A stretch of DNA of 64,000 nt from NCBI GenBank assembly GCA_965222225.1, contig CBDCTK010000002.1:1984001-2048000 (forward strand), written 5' to 3'. The DNA is from Candidatus Poribacteria bacterium (GTDB taxonomy: Bacteria; Poribacteria; WGA-4E; JAJDTR01). Position numbers and translations under genes: made by a program. Positions 30,215 through 40,959 of this stretch are shown here, piece after piece (the first letter of the stretch is position 1; each line of letters begins with the position of its first letter). A model generated the notes under the pieces. That model ran no database searches and was not told the origin of the DNA. It saw only the letters and a list, made by a program, of their open reading frames with translations.

Positions 30215-31183
30215 ATGAAAAAGACGCTGGGCATTTTCCTGCTCTTGGCAGCCATTTTCCTCATCACCGGGATAATCGAACCACGCTTTCTGAGAGTCGG
30301 CAATTTGACGAACATGGCGCGGTGGACGGGGCTTTACGGTATCCTCGCCATCGGCGCAGGGTTTGTGATTATCACTTCGGGTATCGATCTCTCGATTGGA
30401 TCGTTGATCGGGTTGACCGGATCGCTTTTCCCGCTTTTTCTCGTCGGGGTGGGGCTGCCCGTGGGCGTCGGGTTCGCATTGGTCATCCTGCTGGCGTTGG
30501 CAATCGGCTTCGCGCACGGGGTGTTAATCACCAAGCTCAAGCTACAGCCCTTCATCGTCACGCTCTGCGGACTGTTCATCTACCGCGGCGTCGCCCGGCA
30601 CATCACGGGCGAGATAAACCAAGGCTTTGGCAACGATTTCCAAGGGTTGCGCCTCATCGTGAAGTATCGGGTGTTTGACGTTATCCCGATGCCGTTCGTG
30701 ATTGTTCTGCTGCTTGGGGGTATCGCCGCACTCTTTCTCAACAAAACGATCTACGGACGCTACCTGCTGGCGCTGGGGCGAAACGAGAAAGCGGCGCGTT
30801 TCAGCGGCATCAATACGGATCGGATGGTCATCTGCGCCTATATGATTTGCTCGCTTCTGGCGGGCTTCGGCGGGATGCTGTTTGCGCTGGATCAGAATTC
30901 GGTCCAACCCTCGACGTTCGGGAACTTTTACGAGTTGTATGCCATTGCGGGAGCGGTGCTCGGCGGGTGCAGCCTTCGCGGCGGCGAAGGGACGATTGGG
31001 GGCATCATCTGCGGGGCGGCGATGGTCGAGGTGATAAAGAATTCGGTTTTTTTCCTCAACGTTCCCACGGAGTCCGAGTTCACGGTGATCGGTTGCGTGA
31101 TTCTCATCGGCGTCACGGTGGACGAGTTCATAAAACGCTACGCCGCCAAACGTCGCGCCAAGCAACAAGCTGGTAGTGCATAA
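30215..31183 (+). CDS. Sugar ABC transporter permease (RbsC-like)
   Basis: GIDLSIG, PFIVTL, GRYLLALGRNEKAARFSGI, YELYAIAGAVLGG. Confidence 0.92.
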   Translation: MKKTLGIFLLLAAIFLITGIIEPRFLRVGNLTNMARWTGLYGILAIGAGFVIITSGIDLSIGSLIGLTGSLFPLFLVGVGLPVGVGFALVILLALAIGFAHGVLITKLKLQPFIVTLCGLFIYRGVARHITGEINQGFGNDFQGLRLIVKYRVFDVIPMPFVIVLLLGGIAALFLNKTIYGRYLLALGRNEKAARFSGINTDRMVICAYMICSLLAGFGGMLFALDQNSVQPSTFGNFYELYAIAGAVLGGCSLRGGEGTIGGIICGAAMVEVIKNSVFFLNVPTESEFTVIGCVILIGVTVDEFIKRYAAKRRAKQQAGSA

Positions 31184-31185
31184 AA

Positions 31186-31671
31186 ATGAAAATCCTTGCA
31201 TGCCTTTTAACGCTCGTGATGTTCATCGGATTCAGTTGCGGTGGTGGTCGTTATGTCTGTGACTGTGGTGTTCCCGATAACTACAGTCCAACCGTCCGAT
31301 TGGTACAAGATACAGATCGAAGTTTTCACTTTCAGTGGGATGATACGCTCTTGGCGGAGCGCATCGTTTTAGCGCGATACACTTACACAAACATTAATTC
31401 GGCGGGCGCGGGCTTTGAGCCGTGACCGCTCGAATTACACCGCTTCAACCCCGGTCAGTTTCGATCAGGGCCCCTCATGGTATTCGACCGCGAGTTCAAC
31501 GACACCCAACACGTTATGGTCGAGATACTCCCCGCAACAGATCGGCTCACACTCAAACTTCCGTACCGGGTGCAAGGCGGAAGTGCTGTCCTTGTCGAAC
31601 ACCCCTTCAAGCATTACGACGTTGGCACACCGTCAAAGCTGACATTTTCTCGAAAGGAAAAATCACAGTGA
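31186..31671 (+). CDS. Hypothetical lipoprotein, split by a probable frameshift near 31420
   Basis: Signal plus FSC lipobox in 31186-31425; continues in the frame of 31477-31671. Confidence 0.45.
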
Positions 31672-31985
31672 CACAACAAAAGAGGCAACGTCAACCGAGC
31701 AAGCAAACACGCCAGCGCAATTACAAGTCGTATCTGGGATCGCCGAGATGGAAAGCAAAACGAGAGACCATCATGAAAAAATCGGGCGGGACGTGTCGGA
31801 TCTGCGGCGCTCCCGCCACCGAGGTTCATCATGTGAATTATGAGCGCCGCGGCAAAGAGCGACTCACAGATTTAACCGCGCTCTGTCGCGAGTGTCATGA
31901 GCTCTACCACGCGAAACTGGAAGAAAAGAAAAAGCACGAAGCTAGCAAAACTCGGAAGACCGCTCGCACATACTGGCGCAGATGA
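31668..31985 (+). CDS. Small HNH endonuclease
   Basis: YLGSPRWK, CRICG...EVHH..Y...LCRECH; GTGA coupling to upstream gene. Confidence 0.75.
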   Translation: MTQQKRQRQPSKQTRQRNYKSYLGSPRWKAKRETIMKKSGGTCRICGAPATEVHHVNYERRGKERLTDLTALCRECHELYHAKLEEKKKHEASKTRKTARTYWRR

Positions 31986-32139
31986 ATCTTGGACATTTTT
32001 TGGTCACGGCGGAAATGAACACGAACGGTCAAACGAAATATCACTTTTATCAACAAACACATTGGTCGTGGATATGGTCAAAAGCCTGTAGTGTGCGCAG
32101 TGCGCACCAGCCTTTGTAAGCTGCAAAGTGGAATCGGAG

Positions 32140-32330
32140 GAGATTGAGCGATTGACTAACGAGAGATTATATGACTGAATATGGAATGCGATAGAGTTCC
32201 CCTAGAAATCCCTTGTTAATTCCTACATTGCCACCTCTTGTTAAGGTTTGTAAGAGCTCGCTCATGCGAAGTATATTGCAGGAAAAGGCTGGTGGAATCC
32301 CTATCGCAGTCATTATCCATTCCATTGATC
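32140..32330. repeat. Covarying-hairpin elements and REPs
   Basis: Degenerate core 32165-32194(-); core at 32301 inside a family C REP. Confidence 0.8.
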
Positions 32331-32476
32331 GCAGTGCGCACCCTACAAATGTGCTTTTTGAGGTCTGTAGGAGCGAGCTCCCGATCGCGACGTTCATATC
32401 GCGAGCAGAGCTCGCTCCTACAGAAAACCGAACCACGAACGTACTAATAAATTCATAATCTATTGCAAGGAGGTAA

Positions 32477-33646
32477 ATGATGGCGATTTCAGTATCCACA
32501 GTTGCAGCGATGCTCATGTTGGGCTTACTGGCGACATCCGCCGCTCGAACTCACATTGAAGGGCACAGTCATACCCGTGCTAGCATTCACAGAGTTACGT
32601 GGGGAACGGTCGATGACAAAACCGTCTACTTGTACACGCTGGATAACGGGCAGGGCATAACCGCAAAAATCACCAACTACGGGGCGCTCCTTACGGAACT
32701 TCACCTCCCCGACCGCAACGGCGAGAACGCCGATGTCGCCCTCGGATTCGATACGCTTGACGGCTACCTCGCCGGTCACCCGTATTTCGGCTGCACGGTT
32801 GGTAGAGTCGCCAACCGCATCGCCAACGGCAAATTCACGCTTGATGGAAAGGATTACACGCTGGCGACTAACATGGGTAGTAGCCACCTGCACGGCGGAG
32901 AAAAGGGATTTGACAAAATGGTATGGGATATTGTCGAGGCGAAGGAAAACGATGCGGGCGCCTCCTTGACGATGAAATACGTCAGTCCCGGCGGTGAAGA
33001 GGGCTATCCCGGCAACCTGACGGTGACGGTTACTTATACACTGAAGGCGCGCGACCTTCGGATCGACATGCGCGCCGAAACCGACGCACCTACCATCGTG
33101 AATCTTGCCAACCATGCTTACTGGAATCTCGCGGGGCATGACGCCGGCGATATCCTGAAGCACGAATTGAGCCTGAATGTCGACAACTACACGCCGACGG
33201 ACGAAACAGTCATCCCGACGGGCGAGATTGCATCGGTGAAAAACACGCCGTTCGATTTCCGCGAATCCAAACCGATTGGGAGGGATATTGGACAGTTGCC
33301 CGGCGATGGCGGCGAGGATCCCGGGGGATACGACATCAATTTCGCTCTCAATGGCGAGGCGGGGACGATGAGGTTGGCGGCTCGCGTCAGCGAACCGAGT
33401 TCCGGCCGCAATATGGAAGTCCATACCGACGCACCGGGGGTGCAGCTCTACACCGGCAACTACCTAGATGGGTCATTTAGCGGCAAGGGCGACACCGTCT
33501 ACAAAAAACATGCGGGGTTCTGCCTTGAGACCCAGCACTTTCCGGACGCAATTAACAAAGAGGGGACACCCGGCTGGCAATCGGTTATTCTGCGCCCGAT
33601 CGAGGTCTATAGCCACAGCATTCTCTTCAAGTTCTCGACAGAGTGA
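32477..33646 (+). CDS. galM: Aldose 1-epimerase with signal peptide
   Basis: GRVANRI, HLHGG, NHAYWNL, GFCLETQHFPD. Confidence 0.92.
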   Translation: MMAISVSTVAAMLMLGLLATSAARTHIEGHSHTRASIHRVTWGTVDDKTVYLYTLDNGQGITAKITNYGALLTELHLPDRNGENADVALGFDTLDGYLAGHPYFGCTVGRVANRIANGKFTLDGKDYTLATNMGSSHLHGGEKGFDKMVWDIVEAKENDAGASLTMKYVSPGGEEGYPGNLTVTVTYTLKARDLRIDMRAETDAPTIVNLANHAYWNLAGHDAGDILKHELSLNVDNYTPTDETVIPTGEIASVKNTPFDFRESKPIGRDIGQLPGDGGEDPGGYDINFALNGEAGTMRLAARVSEPSSGRNMEVHTDAPGVQLYTGNYLDGSFSGKGDTVYKKHAGFCLETQHFPDAINKEGTPGWQSVILRPIEVYSHSILFKFSTE

Positions 33647-33719
33647 GATTCTGTTTGAAATCACCGCAACCGGTAGTAGGAGCGATCTCCGAATCGCGAC
33701 CGATTGTCGGGAATCGGAA

Positions 33720-33780
33720 GGGATCTCTATCGCGCTCCTTATCCAGTCGCTTGATCTCAGTTGATCGTTCGGTTGATCCC
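33720..33780 (+). repeat. Covarying-hairpin element with two truncated tandem ends
   Basis: Core at 33727 then tcagttgatc and gttcggttgatc. Confidence 0.85.
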
Positions 33781-33918
33781 GACTTACGGGAATGGGTGGG
33801 AATTTGGGTATGTTAATAAACACATGTGTAATTCTTAGTTGCAATGACTATAAATGTAAATTTATTCATGAAGGTTACTCAACTCATGAATCAGGAGAGA
33901 AACAAGATGGAGGCATTT

Positions 33919-34881
33919 ATGAATAGAGATTGGGATGGGGGACCGGTTCGGTATCCCGATCCGGCAATAGAAATTCTCGATCCGCGGTTCGAAGACTACC
34001 CGATCGGAAATTCGGCGGTCGAGCGCCTCTGGACGGGGTGCCGCTGGGCGGAGGGACCCGTCTGGTTTGGCGATGGTCGCTATCTCCTCTGGAGCGATAT
34101 TCCCAATAACAGAATCCTGCGCTGGACGGAGGAGACGGGTGAGGTTAGCGTCTACCGATCGCCTTCCAACAACAGCAACGGCAACACGCGCGACAAGCAA
34201 GGGCGGTTGATTACCTGTGAACACGGCGCCCGACGCGTCACGCGCACTGAGCTTGACGGCACAATCACGGTGCTGATGGACAGATTCGAGGGAAAGCGCT
34301 TGAACGCGCCCAACGATGTAGTCGTTCATGAAGACGACCACGTCTGGTTCACTGATCCGGGTTACGGGATTTTGCTGAATTATGAGGGACACCTGGCAGA
34401 GTTCGAGTTGCCGACCAATGTCTATCGGCTCAATCCGGATACCGGCGAGGCAACCGTGGTGGTAGACGAGCTTGAGAAACCGAACGGACTATGTTTCTCG
34501 CCCGATTATTCGCGGCTCTACCTCGTTGACACCGGCGTCTCGCACAAGCCGAATCATCCTCGTCATATCCGTGTCTACGATGTCCTAGACGGGGCGATCC
34601 TGACGAACGGCAGGAATTTCTGTGACATGGCACCAGGGATGTCGGATGGTATACGTTGCGACATTGACGGCAACCTGTGGGCGTCCGCAGGCTGGGATGG
34701 CGAGGGATTCGACGGGGTGCATATCTTTGCCTCGGATGGCGACCTAATCGGCAAGATTCATCTCCCGGAGGTTTGCGCCAATCTGTGCTTCGGCGGCGTC
34801 AAGAAAAATCGGCTGTTCATGGCTGGCAGCCAATCCCTTTACTCGCTCTATGTGGAGACGCAGGGGGCGCAAACGCCGTAA
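33919..34881 (+). CDS. SMP-30/gluconolactonase family protein
   Basis: WAEGPVW, SDIPNNR, LNAPND, PNGLCFSPD, DGIRCD; GGAGG RBS. Confidence 0.9.
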   Translation: MNRDWDGGPVRYPDPAIEILDPRFEDYPIGNSAVERLWTGCRWAEGPVWFGDGRYLLWSDIPNNRILRWTEETGEVSVYRSPSNNSNGNTRDKQGRLITCEHGARRVTRTELDGTITVLMDRFEGKRLNAPNDVVVHEDDHVWFTDPGYGILLNYEGHLAEFELPTNVYRLNPDTGEATVVVDELEKPNGLCFSPDYSRLYLVDTGVSHKPNHPRHIRVYDVLDGAILTNGRNFCDMAPGMSDGIRCDIDGNLWASAGWDGEGFDGVHIFASDGDLIGKIHLPEVCANLCFGGVKKNRLFMAGSQSLYSLYVETQGAQTP

Positions 34882-34969
34882 AGATTGGAAGGATGGAAGG
34901 GCGGAATGGAAGTTGATTGACACGAATTTTGTAGGAGCGATCTCCAGGTCGCGACCTCCTGTAGGGTGG

Positions 34970-35410
34970 GATCAAAGGAGTGAGTAGCGACTACGATAGA
35001 GATCCCCTGCCCACCATTTCTTGTAGCAATCGAGAGCGATCGGATAAGGAGCGTTCAACTGAGTGATTAACGAAGGCCATAGAAGATCTTGATAGAGATC
35101 CCATCGCGACAGAACTCCCGTGGAACTCCTCCCGGCCTTTGAAAGCGCCAGCGGCGCGACAGGTGTATAGCGCGCCATTATTCCGTCAGGGATAATGGCG
35201 CGCTATAGATAAAACGTCGGGGCAAGATGCCCCTCCTACATAAAAATGTAAGGCAGTGCCTATTCTACATATCTATCAAGAACACTCTTTCAAAGCTAGT
35301 CATAGAGCGAAAGATGAGTGTTTCTTGCTGAAAGAATCATTCCGACAGGAACGATGGTGTGCTATACACCTTCGGGATTTCTACCGCACTCGCTATTCGC
35401 TCCCTTGATC
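34970..35410. repeat. Covarying-hairpin elements and REPs
   Basis: Cores at 34970-34999(-), 35053-35082(-), 35381. Confidence 0.8.
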
Positions 35411-35543
35411 CCACTCTGGGGCTTGCGAAGATTGGTTTCAAGGCAAATTGTGCCATTACAAATTGGCTTTCAAACGGCTCGTATTTTAATCCAAGTCTCT
35501 CACCCAAAATCGCGGTTCACCAACAAAATCGTTCGGAGAGAAA

Positions 35544-37070
35544 ATGGCAGAAAATCGAATTAACCCTGAAAGTTCAACAGCGGAAACTGTCCCCGGCGGG
35601 TGTTTGCCGGACTGGGAGGTTCACGACCTTCCCGCGCCTCCGCCCTACCGTTTCGGGCGAACATTTCACAATATCCTGGGTCCCGGAATCATTGCGCTTG
35701 GGGGATCGATTGGCAGCGGCGAGTGGCTGCTAGGTCCCGCGATTACGGCACAATACGGCGGTAGGCTGCTGTGGATCGCGACGGTTGCCATCTTCCTTCA
35801 GTCATTCCTCAACACGGAAGCCATACGCTATACCGTTTATACAGGCGAACCGATGTTCAGTGGCTATATGCGATGCCGGCCGGGTTCGCGGTTCTGGGCG
35901 TTCTTTTATTCAATTATCGATTTCTTCGGCATCTGGCCCGGATGGGCGATGGCTGCCGCTACAGCCGTTGGCGCCGCTTGGTTGGGGTATTTGCCGGGTG
36001 ATGCGGATCAGGCGACGGTCCGGACATTTGCATATCTCATCTTCTTCGTTTGCCTTTTTATTGTTCTGTTCGGCGGTAAAATCTATAACGTCCTTGAGAA
36101 AGTTCAACTATTCATGGTGGTGTGGATTATCGGATACTTGCTCATTATTGACGTTTTTATGGTATCTCCGAAAGTTTGGTGGACGGTCATCAAGGGATTC
36201 TTGAGTTTCGGCGCACTACCCGCCGCAGATGAGGGCGGGGACGGGATTGATTGGCTGCTGCTCGGCGCATTTGCGGCATACGCCGGTAGCGGCGGCTTGG
36301 GGAATGTCACCATTACCAACTACGTCCGAGATAAGGGGTGGGGAATGAGCAGTCTCGTCGGGGCAATTCCATCCATAATCGGCGGGCATAAGGTGACGCT
36401 GTCGCATTTTGGCAAGGTATTTCGTATCACGCCTGAAAACCTTAACCGTTTCCGCGAGTGGTGGAAGTATAACCGGTTCGAGCAGTACTACATCTGGGTG
36501 GTAGGCTGCTTTTTCGGGATGGCATTACCCGCGATGCTAACCATCTCGTTCGTCCCGTCGGGGCAGGCGATTGACGAGTGGTCGGCAGCTGCATTTCAAG
36601 CGGAGGGGCTGGCGGCGAAGGGCGGGCAAATTTTCTGGTATCTCACGCTGTTATGCGGGTTTTGGGTGCTTTTTTCAACGCAGTTAGGTAACGTAGACAG
36701 CGTCACCCGCCGTTACACGGACATCATTTGGACGGGGTTCTCAAGAGCGCGGAAATTGAAAGAATCGGACGCGAAGTTTATCTATTACCCGATTCTGATC
36801 GTCTATATCCTGTGGGGTGTGGTTGCCATGTACCTTGCCAAGCCGTTTTTCATGATTTTGGTTTCCGCGACGGTTGGCGGCTACCTGCTGGTGATTACGT
36901 CGCTGCACACGCTTTACGTAAACCGGAAGTTCCTGCCTAAGGAGATTCAGCCTCCGGTCTGGCGGCAGGTTGGGCTCGTATTGTGCGCGGTATTTTATTC
37001 GATTTTCGGCACGCTAACCGTGATTCAGAAGGTGATTGTGCCCTATATCCTGCCGCTAATATTGGGGTAA
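35544..37070 (+). CDS. NRAMP-like / APC superfamily transporter
   Basis: LGPGIIALGGSIGSGEW, RYTVYTGE, about 11-12 TM segments. Confidence 0.8.
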   Translation: MAENRINPESSTAETVPGGCLPDWEVHDLPAPPPYRFGRTFHNILGPGIIALGGSIGSGEWLLGPAITAQYGGRLLWIATVAIFLQSFLNTEAIRYTVYTGEPMFSGYMRCRPGSRFWAFFYSIIDFFGIWPGWAMAAATAVGAAWLGYLPGDADQATVRTFAYLIFFVCLFIVLFGGKIYNVLEKVQLFMVVWIIGYLLIIDVFMVSPKVWWTVIKGFLSFGALPAADEGGDGIDWLLLGAFAAYAGSGGLGNVTITNYVRDKGWGMSSLVGAIPSIIGGHKVTLSHFGKVFRITPENLNRFREWWKYNRFEQYYIWVVGCFFGMALPAMLTISFVPSGQAIDEWSAAAFQAEGLAAKGGQIFWYLTLLCGFWVLFSTQLGNVDSVTRRYTDIIWTGFSRARKLKESDAKFIYYPILIVYILWGVVAMYLAKPFFMILVSATVGGYLLVITSLHTLYVNRKFLPKEIQPPVWRQVGLVLCAVFYSIFGTLTVIQKVIVPYILPLILG

Positions 37071-37185
37071 TCTCAAGAGGGCTTACGCAGAAAGCAAAAT
37101 CAATGATTATTTCAGGTTTCAGGCGTTTCGTAGGGAATAACGATCATTATTCCCTACAGTATCAACATGAACAAACCTTAACACA

Positions 37186-37782
37186 TCACCGCAGACAACT
37201 CTGTACAATCTCGCGGTAAACCTCCAATCCGGGTGTTTCGAGGTTCTTTACTTTCGCGAGGTCGTCCCACCGCCGCAAGTTGAGCGCATCTTCGGAATAG
37301 GGGATTCGCTCAAACGCCAACCGCTCATCGTCCGACATGACCCCGCCCTGAACTCGGAAACTCCGCTTTGACGCTTCGGATAAACCGTCGTAATATTCCG
37401 CATCTGTCGTGCATAGGTACCGCTTTGCGGGCACGTGCAATCGCACCGGCGTCGTAACCGCGTCCGGGAAAAACGGCTCCAGAAAGTTCGCGCCAACCTC
37501 CTCGTGATTCAGGTCGTGTGCCAAGAACGCTTTGTCGGCATTATGTTCGTCCAACAAAAAGTGTCCCAGATCATGTAACAGGGCGCTTGTAATCTGCGTC
37601 GGCGTGGCATCATTGATGTGAGCTTGGTTGGCGCATTGGAGCGCGTGTTCCAGTTGTGTCACGGACTCGTCGTAAAAGGATTGTCCCCTCCGTACCATAC
37701 AGTCGAACAGGATGGCAATCTTCTGGTGGCTTGTCGCGCGCGCCATGTCGTCCGCGAGCGTTTGGTCAATACTATTCTTCAT
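37186..37782 (-). CDS. HD-domain oxygenase, PhnZ-like
   Basis: Y.ESVTQLEHALQCA, LLHDLGH, HE, LHVPAKRYL, SFRVQGG, LRRWDD.AK. Confidence 0.85.
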   Translation of the reverse strand: MKNSIDQTLADDMARATSHQKIAILFDCMVRRGQSFYDESVTQLEHALQCANQAHINDATPTQITSALLHDLGHFLLDEHNADKAFLAHDLNHEEVGANFLEPFFPDAVTTPVRLHVPAKRYLCTTDAEYYDGLSEASKRSFRVQGGVMSDDERLAFERIPYSEDALNLRRWDDLAKVKNLETPGLEVYREIVQSCLR

Positions 37783-38563
37783 AGTTCAATACAGTCCTTC
37801 CCTGAAAATGGGCTATCTTGCTGATTTGACCCGACCTTCCCGACTCATCTGCCGCGTACTGCGAAAACGCCTGACGCTTGTCCTCGTAATACTTATCGCG
37901 CCAATCGCCATCGGAGAGGTGATTGTAGACGGCGTAGATGATGCGTCTGGGGGTATCTGAACCGTTTGCATCGCTCTTGTGGGGAATGTAGGAGCTGAAC
38001 AACAGAACATCACCCGGTTGCGTGGGCGCGGCAACCCAATCCATGCTTTCTGCAATTTCGGGAGCGATACAACCGTCCGTATCCAGCGCAATCAAGCCCT
38101 CCCGATGCCGCCCGGGCGAGAAGTACAAACACCCGTTCTCGACCGTCGCCGCATCTATTGAGATTAGGCATGTGGTGTGGTTTTTGACGAACTCGTAGGC
38201 GGGTGCATCCTGGTGGGGAGCGTAACCGCCACCGCCAGGGTATTTGTAGTTGATTTTCTCTTTGTAGAGCACGGCAGGCTCGCCTGTCAACTCCGAAATC
38301 ACCTCCGACACTTTGCCAGCCGTCAGGATCGATTTCATTCCCTCATGATACGGAGCGAAGTTTTCCGTGCGCGAGAGCCGGGTTCCGTCCGATACCGATT
38401 CGTAATGGTGCATCCACCTCTGCGGATCTTGCCCCCAGCTTTCGATTTCAGTGACCCATTGACATAGCGCGGCGACCTCGCTATCCGAGAAGAATCCGCG
38501 AATCCTAAGGTATCCGTTGGTTTCCCAAGCGTTGTGCTGTGACGGTTCCAGGTAAGTAGACAT
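37772..38563 (-). CDS. PhyH family dioxygenase, PhnY-like
   Basis: LYKEKINYKYPGGGGYAPHQD, HKS; overlaps the PhnZ-like gene. Confidence 0.85.
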   Translation of the reverse strand: MSTYLEPSQHNAWETNGYLRIRGFFSDSEVAALCQWVTEIESWGQDPQRWMHHYESVSDGTRLSRTENFAPYHEGMKSILTAGKVSEVISELTGEPAVLYKEKINYKYPGGGGYAPHQDAPAYEFVKNHTTCLISIDAATVENGCLYFSPGRHREGLIALDTDGCIAPEIAESMDWVAAPTQPGDVLLFSSYIPHKSDANGSDTPRRIIYAVYNHLSDGDWRDKYYEDKRQAFSQYAADESGRSGQISKIAHFQGRTVLNYEE

Positions 38564-38695
38564 AAAGCATGTCCTCGTTGTTGGGGTTGGATGGGGTGTC
38601 GGATTTCACAAAGATTTCGGTGTATTCAAGCATTGTGGAGTGCCGAATGCGCAGGTTACGGCATACAGAGTGTGCCTACTACTGTTTGCTGCTTC

Positions 38696-40432
38696 TTACT
38701 CCTTGTGATTGGAGGATACGAGGTCGTCCATCGGGTTTTCGATTGCTATCCGATAGTCCCATCCCCAGGTGTAATTCGCACACTTAATCATAAGGGTGTT
38801 CCAGCCCGCGCGCAACGGCAGCTCGACATGACCTGAATTTCCGTAGCCCGCACCCGAAATCCGAAATTCGTCTCCGTTTACGAAGAGGCGCCCGATGTCT
38901 TTCCATCGCACCGCCGCCAAAACCGTCCGATTCTCAGGGCTCTTGATGTAGGTCACTCCGTATCCGATTGTCCAATTCGGTTCACCAAACGCCTCGTCCA
39001 ATTTAACCAAACCGTCCTCGGCACGGTATTCCTGCCAGCTAATTTGCCCGGTTTTGCCCTGATAAGCTGAATTATTCAACTCCGGTAGAAGGTTGGCGGT
39101 GAACTGTGCCGGATATACTCCCGGGGTTGCGGGCTCTTGCGTCACGCCGAGTTCCAAGGGACCCAGAATCATCCAATGATTAAGACTGTACAAATCCGTC
39201 GGGTCAACCAGATTGATTATGTCTAACTGACCGTACAACACCTCTCCGCCGTACGCAATTGAATAGCCGTAGGTGGGGAACGGCAGCAACATGTTGGATG
39301 GGCAGGAAAGCTTCATGGTACTCCTCGCTTCCTCGCCCGGTTGGGCCTCAAGGGCAATATTGGGCGGCGTTATCCGCCAGTTCGCCTCCAAACCGAAAGT
39401 GACTTCGGCTCTCACCGGTTTTTCGAGCGTATTCTTCAACCGGAATTCAACAGTGCCGCTCGACCGTGTTTGTTTCCTGTTGACCTTGAAATCGGGCTTG
39501 AATGTGAGCAGGTTGATTAGTTTCTCTTTGAATTCCGCCGTCGAAATGTCCGCCGGATGAACGTTGCCGGGTTCAATAATCGCAACACCCACATCGTTGC
39601 CATCCACCGTCACAATGCTGTAATGGTCAAACGCGCCGAATTCTTTCGTCTCCTGCGGCGTGAAAGCTCCACCGGTCGCACCTAGAACGAAATACCGATG
39701 GTCTTCCCGCGTGTGCAGCGTCAGGTTGTGGTAGTGCCCCGCGAAAACCGTGTATTCACGTCCTGCAAGCCCCGCCTCAATCTCAAGCCACCCCGAGTCT
39801 TCATGCAGCCACGCAGGTTTGTGTAACAGGACAAACGTGTGCCGCACGTCTTTATGTTTCGCCAATTCTGTGAGGGCGTAGTCGATTTGGCGAGCGCCAA
39901 ACCAGTTTTCCCGCCAGCCATCGTCAGATTTGGGAAGACCGTGTCTTTCCTCCGTATTGAGTAGCAGAAACAGGCATTTTTTGTAGGTGAACGCCGAGTA
40001 CGTCCGCCCAAGGTTATCAACCCAGTAATCGTACATCAGACGGTTTGTGATGTCGTGGTTGCCCGGCAACGGTATAAAGGGAACGTCCAAAGCGGACTCA
40101 TGTCCCCAAAACTCTTTCCATTCCGATTCAATCCGTTTAAAGTCCATTGTGTACCCCGGAATCAGATCGCCGACCATGATGGCGAAGTCGGGTTTCAGCG
40201 CGTTGATTTCGGCGATGGCGCGGTCAAACACGTGCCACTTGTCCTCGCCGCCGCCGGTCTTGTCACCGATGATGGCAAAGCTGAACTTATCCGGATCATC
40301 CGAGAACGGACGTTCAACAATCGGGATGCGGTCCGGGAAATGCGGGGTTTCGGCTCCTACCTTCACCGCAATTGAAAGGAACACGGCGAGGAGGATTAGC
40401 ATCCTATAAACATGAATGCATTTGTAGGGCAT
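38696..40432 (-). CDS. Exported calcineurin-like metallophosphoesterase with C-terminal beta domains
   Basis: IIGD, VGD, PGNHD, HKP and AGHYH motifs; signal peptide. Confidence 0.85.
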   Translation of the reverse strand: MPYKCIHVYRMLILLAVFLSIAVKVGAETPHFPDRIPIVERPFSDDPDKFSFAIIGDKTGGGEDKWHVFDRAIAEINALKPDFAIMVGDLIPGYTMDFKRIESEWKEFWGHESALDVPFIPLPGNHDITNRLMYDYWVDNLGRTYSAFTYKKCLFLLLNTEERHGLPKSDDGWRENWFGARQIDYALTELAKHKDVRHTFVLLHKPAWLHEDSGWLEIEAGLAGREYTVFAGHYHNLTLHTREDHRYFVLGATGGAFTPQETKEFGAFDHYSIVTVDGNDVGVAIIEPGNVHPADISTAEFKEKLINLLTFKPDFKVNRKQTRSSGTVEFRLKNTLEKPVRAEVTFGLEANWRITPPNIALEAQPGEEARSTMKLSCPSNMLLPFPTYGYSIAYGGEVLYGQLDIINLVDPTDLYSLNHWMILGPLELGVTQEPATPGVYPAQFTANLLPELNNSAYQGKTGQISWQEYRAEDGLVKLDEAFGEPNWTIGYGVTYIKSPENRTVLAAVRWKDIGRLFVNGDEFRISGAGYGNSGHVELPLRAGWNTLMIKCANYTWGWDYRIAIENPMDDLVSSNHKE

Positions 40433-40495
40433 TAATTATTTTTCCTAGTTTCTGTTGACATTTTTGTTGGGCGTGTGTGCAATCCAAGGGAGGAA

Positions 40496-40524
40496 CCCAA
40501 CGGGTTGGGAGACCCAACCCCTAC
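40496..40524 (-). repeat. REP family F (CCCAACGGGTTGGGAGACCCAACCCCTAC)
   Basis: GTAG-ended double hairpin; inverted copy near 54903. Confidence 0.65.
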
Positions 40525-40644
40525 GGATGCCGGTGGATGCCTAACCAGAGGACTTGAACCCTTCGTCCATCCTTCTAACGGGATTAAGCAGTGACCACAT
40601 GTCAATTGAACGTGCAAAGCGCAAAGAGAACCCGTAGGGGCGGG

Positions 40645-40682
40645 GATCAAATGAGCGAATAGCGAATACGATAGGGATCTTC
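40645..40682 (-). repeat. Covarying-hairpin element inserted in a GTAGGGGCGGGG REP
   Basis: gtaggggcggg[gatcaa...cgatagggatct]tcccgccccgccc. Confidence 0.8.
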
Positions 40683-40959
40683 CCGCCCCGCCCTGACTCC
40701 ACACAAATTCGGTTGCTTTGCCCAATTTGATTATTTGGGCGAGCCTATTTATGCCTCCCCAGATTAACTGGTGACGATGATATGTCAACGGAACCTAGTA
40801 TCATTGGTATTGAAGTCGGTTATCTTCAGCGGCACATGGCTTCATACTCAATAGATGTCGCGGAATTGTGGCGTTGGTATGGATTTTCCATGACGTGATG
40901 CCGGGTGAATAACTCGCATGGGCATACTGCTCCGGCAATTCGCGCGCTGCGTATGCACT

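Noticed and set aside
31668-31985. HNH nuclease as mobiliser of the hairpin element
   Set aside because: Small stand-alone HNH genes are common, and nothing beyond proximity links this one to the element.
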